Positions 58,101-64,000 of a DNA stretch of 64,000 bases are shown here, piece after piece (position 1 is the stretch's first letter; each line of letters begins with the position of its first letter). The notes under the pieces are model-generated. The model was not told the DNA's origin. It searched no databases and saw nothing but the letters and a program-made list of their open reading frames with translations. This DNA comes from Zygnema circumcarinatum SAG 698-1b (taxonomy: Eukaryota > Plantae > Zygnematophyceae), in NCBI GenBank assembly GCA_037447605.1, contig CM074812.1:2914001-2978000 (forward strand). The letters run 5' to 3'. The position numbers and the translations under genes are program-made.

Positions 58101-61100
58101 AAATCTATCCTTCATCACACTCCATCCTCTCTCCCTCTCCCTCTCGTCCTCTCTCTTCCTCTCTCTCCCTCTCCCGTCTCCCGTCTCCCGCCTCCCGTCG
58201 CCCCTCTCCTCTCTCCCCACTCCTCTCTCCCCACTCCTCTCTCCCTCTCCCTCTCTCTCCCCCTCTTTCCTCTGCCCCCCCTCCTCTCCTCTCTCCTCAC
58301 TCCCCTCTCCCTCTCCCCACTTCTCCCTCTCTCTCCCCCTCTTTCCTCTGCCCCCCCCTCCTCTCCTCTCTCCTCACTCCCCACTCCCTCTCCCCATTCC
58401 CTTCTCCCTCTCCCTCCCCCTCTTTCCTCTGCCCCCCCTCCTCTCCTCTCTCCTCACTCCCCTCTCCCTCTCCCCACTCCCTTCTCCCTCTCTCTCCCCC
58501 TCTTTCCTCTACCCCCCTCTCCCCACCTTTACCATGCTCGTGACTCGCTCCCTCCCTCTCCTCCACTGAAATCTCGAGAATCGCAAAAGCCTCCTCTTCC
58601 GACAGATCCAACGGTCGTCTTGTGAGCTCCTCCCGCCACATGGCGAGCAGCGATTGGAGGAATTCCACGTGTTCAACGATCGGCCAATCAGGAAAGCGAA
58701 CCTCATCGCAAAGGTTTCTGAGGTAGTAGCGGTGACACCACATTTCATCTTTAAGTTCTGGATATGTGACGGGAGGCATGGGGGCATACTCATACAGAGC
58801 ATGGGAATGCTGGGCGAGCTTTCGAGGGAAGTCTCCCAAATGCTCCATTATCTGTCTCTCCCACATCCGGGGGAGGGAGGGGGGGGGGNNNNNNNNNNAG
58901 AGAGAGTGGGAGAGGGGATAGAGAGAGGAGAGGCTCAAACGGTGGGGGGAAGGGGGGGGGGAGAAGGGCAGAGAGAGTGGGAGAGGGGATAGAGAGAGGA
59001 GAGGCTCAAAGTGTGGGGGGAAAAGGGGGGGGTGGGGAGGGGGGGGAAAGGAAAGAGAGTGGGAGGGAGAGGGGATAGAGAGAGGAGAGGCTCAAAGGGT
59101 GGGGGGAAAGGGAGGAGGGGGGGGGGGAGGAGGGTGTGGTGGGGTGGGAGAGAAGAAAAGAGAAGAGGAGAATGAAAAGACAAGAACAATTATTTTTTTG
59201 AAGAAATGATAGAATATTAAGAATTATGATTTAAAAAGAGAAGGATTCGATTCTACGAGTCTTACGAAAAGAGTTTTTGACTTGGTATAGTAGTACATTC
59301 TGGTGGTCATATTCGTATGTTCGTTTTGTGGGAACTGCGTGAGACCCCCAAATCTCTCTCACCCTGTCCTCTACCCTCGACCTCTGCCTCTCAATCTTCC
59401 CCCACTCTCTCCCACTCTTCTCCTCTCTCTTCTCCCTTTCCTTACTACCCCTATCTCGCATCCTCCCTGTTGTGCCTGATCAATGATCATCCCTCTCCCT
59501 TCTCCTTCTCCCCTGTCTTCTCACGCTCCCTCACTGATCGATACACCTCTGGCCTCCTCTCCCTCTTCCTCTCTCCCACTCCCTCCCTACTGTACCCAAT
59601 CAATGACGCTCCCCACCCCTCTCCCCACCTCTCTCCCACTCCCCCCCGACAGCACGTAATCAATGAATCTCCTCTCCCCCTTTCCCGCCGCTCTCCTATC
59701 CCCCTTCCTCCCTCCCATACCATACCTGATCGATGAGTCTCCATCTGTCCATATGAGTTCTCGTTCTCCCCTTTCTCACTCCCTCACTGCACCTAATCAC
59801 TTACTCTCCGCACCTCTCTCTCCCTTCCCTCTCCCACCCACTACCTACTTTCCATACCTGATTGATGAGTCTCCGTCCTCTCATCTCATGTGTCCATATA
59901 AGTTCGGGTGTATCGGCATCTCCCACCATAGCTGCTGCAAAGGCAGCTGCTCCCCTCCTCTCCAACACATACAAAAGACTCTCTGGGAGGAGACCACCCA
60001 ACACACTCCTTCTCGCAAGCGGTAGTGAAGAGAGAGAGGCCGCCTCTTTCCCTCCGTGAAACGCCTGCTTTGTGTGTGTAAATGCGAGCAGGTTGGCTAC
60101 TGGTTCTAAGTTGGAGCCCGGGTAGGAGAGAGCGAAGTAGAAGAGGCCAGTGGTGTAGAGGCGAGCCATGGCGGAGGGGTTTCGGGCTGTGATGGACTGG
60201 AGGAGGGAGGAGGCGGAGGCGACAACGGGAGGCTCTCCGGAGAGGAGGGCCTGCAGAGAGAGAGAGAGCGAGAGAGAGGGAGGAGGGGGGGAGAGGATGT
60301 GAGAGAAGAGGGGGAGGGGGGGAGAGAGAGAGAGAGGGAGGAGAGCGGGGGGGAGGATGTGAGAGGAGGGGGAGGGGAAGAGGGAGGAGAGGGGAGGAGA
60401 GGGGGGGAGAGGATGTGAGAGAAGAGGGGGAGGGGGAGCGAGAGAGAGGGAGGCGAGGGGGGGAGAGGACGTGAGAGAAGAGGGGGAGGGGGAGAGAGAG
60501 AGAGAGGGAGGAGAGGGGGGGAGAGGATGTGAGAGAAGAGGGGGAGGAGGAGAGAGAGAGAGAGGGAGGAGAGGGGGAGAGAGGATGTGAGAAAAGTGGG
60601 GGAGGAGGAGAGAGAGCGAGAGGGAGGAGAGGGGGGGAGAGGATGTGAGAGAAAAGGGGGAGGAGGAGAGAGAGAGAGAGAGGGAGGAGAGGGGGGGGGA
60701 GGATGTGAGAGAAGAGGGGGAGGAGGAGAGAGAGAGAGAGGGAGGAGTGGGGGGGAGAGGATGTGAGAGAAGTGGGGGAGGAGGAGAGAGAGCGAGAGGG
60801 AGGAGAGGGAGAGAGTGGATGTGAGAGAAGAGGGGGAGGGGGCGAGAGTGAGAGGGGGGAGGGAAGGGGGGGAGAGGATGTGAGAGAAGAGGGTGAGAGA
60901 GAGAGAGAGAGAGAGGGGAGAGAGGGGAGATAGGAAGACAGAGAGAGGGCGAGGGAGAGAGAAAGAGAAGCGAGGAAGAAGAAAGAGGGGAATGAGGGAA
61001 TGAGAGAGAAAAACAGGTAATGGAAAAAAAAGATGAGCATCAAGAGGAGGGAGGGGGAAGGGAGGAAAGAGGGGAAACGAGAGAGTTAGGGGAGGGGGGA

Positions 61101-61666
61101 GGACAAAGGGAAAGGGAGGAGAGAGTGAGCAAGCGAGGGAGAGGGCGGGAGAAAAAAGAGAGAGAGGGGGTGTAGGATGGAGGAAGAACGGGAAAAGAAA
61201 GGAAGGTACAGGAAGGAGGGAGGGAGGGAGAAAGGACGAGGGAGCGAGGTAGAGAGAGTGAGAGAGAAAAAGAGAAAGCGAAAGGGAAGATGTTATGGAG
61301 AGTAGGACAGCTCCGGGACAAAGTCTCAATGAAATGAACTTTAAAATAAAAAACAAAAGTCTCATGTTGTTGCTGTCTGTTGTTGCTGTTCTCTTGTTTC
61401 TCTTATAATTACTTACTTGGGCAATGTGTGGAAGACATTGAGGACTTGAGAGAATTTTTTTGACCCGCGGAGTCGGAGTTACGAGCTCTCCCGCATCGTC
61501 TAAATCCGCTCTAAGAGAAGTCATCGAATGTAAAATGGACAATGCACATTCTCCCACCTGCACCTCTTCAAAATAGGAAACAAAGTAAATAAGGAAGAGA
61601 TACATACAGTAAGAGGGGAAGGTAGGGGTGCGGGAAACGAGAGCAAGAGCGAAAGAGAGAGGGGGA

Positions 61667-61750
<84 letters not shown>

Positions 61751-63040
61751 AAAAAAACGCAAGCAATTAGCACGTGTTGCAGGTGAGAGAGGGAGGGAGG
61801 GAGGGAGGGAAAGTGCAGGCCCTTGGAGCACGTTGGAAAAGGGCGTGTGTGACAGCGGAAGGGGGGCAAAGGGAGAGTGGGAGGGAGAGACAAAGATTGG
61901 GTCAGACAAACACTGACACAGATACTACGCACGGGGAGAGAGAGAAAGAGACACAGACACGAGAAACAGACTGGCACAGAGATAGTGAGACACAGACACA
62001 GAGACACGGATACAGACAGAGACAGGCAGACATACAGACAGGCCCTCACATACACAGGTACAGATATAGTTAGACAGACAGACAGACAAACAAACAGACA
62101 TACAGTGAGACAGACAGACAGATGCAGACAGACAGAGACAGACATACACAGAAGTACATATACAGAATGACAGCGAGCAGAGTGAGAGAGACAGACAGAC
62201 AGATGGATAAACAGACACATACATACAGACAGACACAGACAGACAGTCAGGCAGACAGACAGACAAACAGACATACTGACATACAGACATACACACACAC
62301 ACACAGGTACATATACAGACTGACAGGCAGAGAGAGAGACCCAGACCTGCGCGTGTGTCAAGACCCCAACTCTTGTCGCCAAGGTCCACCGAAGCTCCCT
62401 CACATCCCGCAGCCTCCTCCACTCCGCCATGCCTGCCGCCCAGCAGCGGGAGGAGAGGGAGACCTCCCGCAGAGAGGCAGCTCGACGGAGGGCATCCTTT
62501 TGGAGGGGGCCTTTCCGTGCTCCGTCTGCCGTTATGTAGAACCATTCTTTGCTGGGTTCCATGTGAGTAGTTGCCGTTAAGAGGTTCGACTGCGCAAAGA
62601 GAAAGTGAAACAGTTGGAAAAGGAAAGAAGCAAAGGAAAGGGCGAAAGGAGAAAGGGAAAAGTGGTTGTCATTTTCCTGTTATTTCATCTCTCTGTGGCT
62701 TCCCTCTGTGTGTGTCTCTTCTTTTATATTTTTCTTGGGTTTTTTTGAGGGGAAATGGAAGAGGCCATTCTCCGAATGCAGGGGTTTGAAAATTGAGAAT
62801 TCTTGCTGTTGGAATGGTGATAGAGATCAGAGCTCAAACCGGGGAGGATGGGAAGACGGAGAGAAGGGAGAGAGTGACGGAAAGAGGAAGGAGAGGAGAG
62901 CGAGAGAGGAGGGAGACAAGAGAGAGCGAATAGAAGGGAAGAAGAGATACACGTGTACAGCACAGGGAATGAAGAAGGTATGCAGAAAAAGCAAGAGCAT
63001 TAGCGAGAGGAAAATAAGGAGGGAGCGAGTGGGAGAGAGT

Positions 63041-63082
<42 letters not shown>

Positions 63083-63919
63083 TAGCGGGAGGCTCACCTG
63101 AAGGGGAATCGCAGTTCGCTCTGATGCATCATGAACGGTAGTGAGAGCATCGACTGCCAGCTGGCAGCCTCCAACTGCCACACAAACTTCCGCATTGGCC
63201 GGGACTTTCACTAATGCCTGAAGCAGAGGGAAGGGGGAGAGAGAGAGAGAGAGAGAGTGAGAGGGGGGGGGGTAACGAGAGAAACGCAGGTTGCGTTCAG
63301 TCAGCATACATTGTGTCAATTGGTTTGCTCTTGAAACGAATCACACGCATTAGCTCCCCCTCTCTCTCTCTCTCTCTCTCTCTCGCTCGCCCTTCCCTTC
63401 CTCCTCCCGCTTTCTCTCTGCCAACTCTCCCCATCTTCCAATCAACTCCCCTATCCACACTCTCCCCCTCCACCTACCCCCACTCCCTTCCCCCTCTATC
63501 CCACCCCTCTCTTCCCTTTCCCCTCCTACCGCCACTATGCACTCTCCCTACTCCTCTCTCGACCTTAAACCAAATCAATCTAAACTGACTAGACTACCCA
63601 TAATGAATCCTCTTCAACCAAAATTCAATCGCATAACATCATATTTAGACGATAGAAAAAAAAAAAAAACCCCCCCTAGAAACCCTATCTCTATTTCTGT
63701 ACCTTGAGAAGCAGGAGCAAACGATGCCGCAACGCTCTGTCAGAGGTTCTATCCAACAGAACTACAAGATGCGCCGTTCCGTCGAACGGTCCAATTTCCG
63801 CATAGAACTGTTCGGCCGCCATAGCCATTGCGCGAGCACAGAGCTCTCTCACAGAGGGGCCGCCTCCTCCTCCTCCAAAGGCTTCCAGGGGAGCGGTAGA
63901 GCACCAACCACTGTCGGAA
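44042..63919 (-). CDS. GRV2: DnaJ homolog subfamily C member GRV2 (RME-8/DNAJC13 ortholog), 3' part; the 5' part lies beyond the window
   Basis: Exons 63919-63703, 63217-63098, 62589-62347 (EPSKEWFY, GYF_2-like), 61557-61417, 60250-59858, 58851-58527, 57963-57806 (J domain, KLAMKFHPDKNP), 56949-56717, 56189-55845, 55177-54763, 52351-52214, 51401-50916, 50204-49972, 48930-48818, 48145-47147, 46035-45911, 45508-45397, 44807-44739 and 44383-44042 (VWAAYKDQKHDLFLP). Phases are compatible except one internal shift in 48145-47147. Confidence 0.95.
52540..53260. repeat. (GAGGGAGGGTGA)n-type minisatellite in GRV2 intron (also 54210-54500)
   Basis: A regular 12-16-nt unit, gagggagggagggtga. Confidence 0.85.
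53515..53931 (-). pseudogene. Tandem duplicate of GRV2 exon 55177-54763 with a 2-nt insertion
   Basis: Part of an about 1.25-kb direct repeat. 417 nt versus 415 nt; gcagccatatggc versus gcagccatggc. Confidence 0.8.
60280..60900. repeat. About 55-bp GA-rich minisatellite in GRV2 intron
   Basis: The unit ending ...gagaggatgtgagagaagag recurs about ten times. Confidence 0.75.
61900..62340. repeat. (GACA)n/(CA)n microsatellite tract in GRV2 intron
   Basis: agacagacagac runs. Confidence 0.85.
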
Positions 63920-64000
63920 CTGCAGGAGGGAGGGAGAGGGAGAGGGAGAGGGAAGGGGAGAGGGAGAGGGAGAGGGAGAGGGAGAGGGTAAAGGTGAGAG

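Overview
Eukaryotic, intron-rich plant-lineage DNA. A streptophyte is inferred from land-plant-like SAD, AMY3 and GRV2 genes and ABI3-type B3 intron positions; a streptophyte alga is plausible but unproven. Introns, and even exons, are saturated with GA/CT microsatellites, so most listed ORFs are low-complexity artefacts. Genes were rebuilt by hand from GT-AG sites and phase checks. (1) A plastid acyl-ACP desaturase (minus, 3 exons) naturally carries the L118F + P179I pair known to shift the castor enzyme towards 16:0-ACP, and has an antisense fragment of a SAD paralog in intron 1. (2) A very large LAV-family (ABI3/FUS3/LEC2/VAL-like) B3 transcription factor (minus) has an array of RY (CATGCA) motifs in the intron just before its B3 domain. 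(3) Chloroplast alpha-amylase AMY3 (plus) is cut off at a 100-N gap. (4) An inverted, head-to-head duplication spanning more than 11 kb carries two copies of a secreted modular gene: signal peptide, PAN/apple, F-type lectin, Ser-Pro extensin-like rod, F-type lectin. The copies share a G-box-rich centre and differ by one intron, by rod length and by a foldback element. (5) The 3' part of GRV2/RME-8 (minus, 19 exons mapped) continues beyond the window. Two tandem duplications flanking 10-N gaps are probably assembly artefacts. No CRISPR, rRNA or tRNA was recognised. Coordinates were counted by hand and may be off by a few bases.
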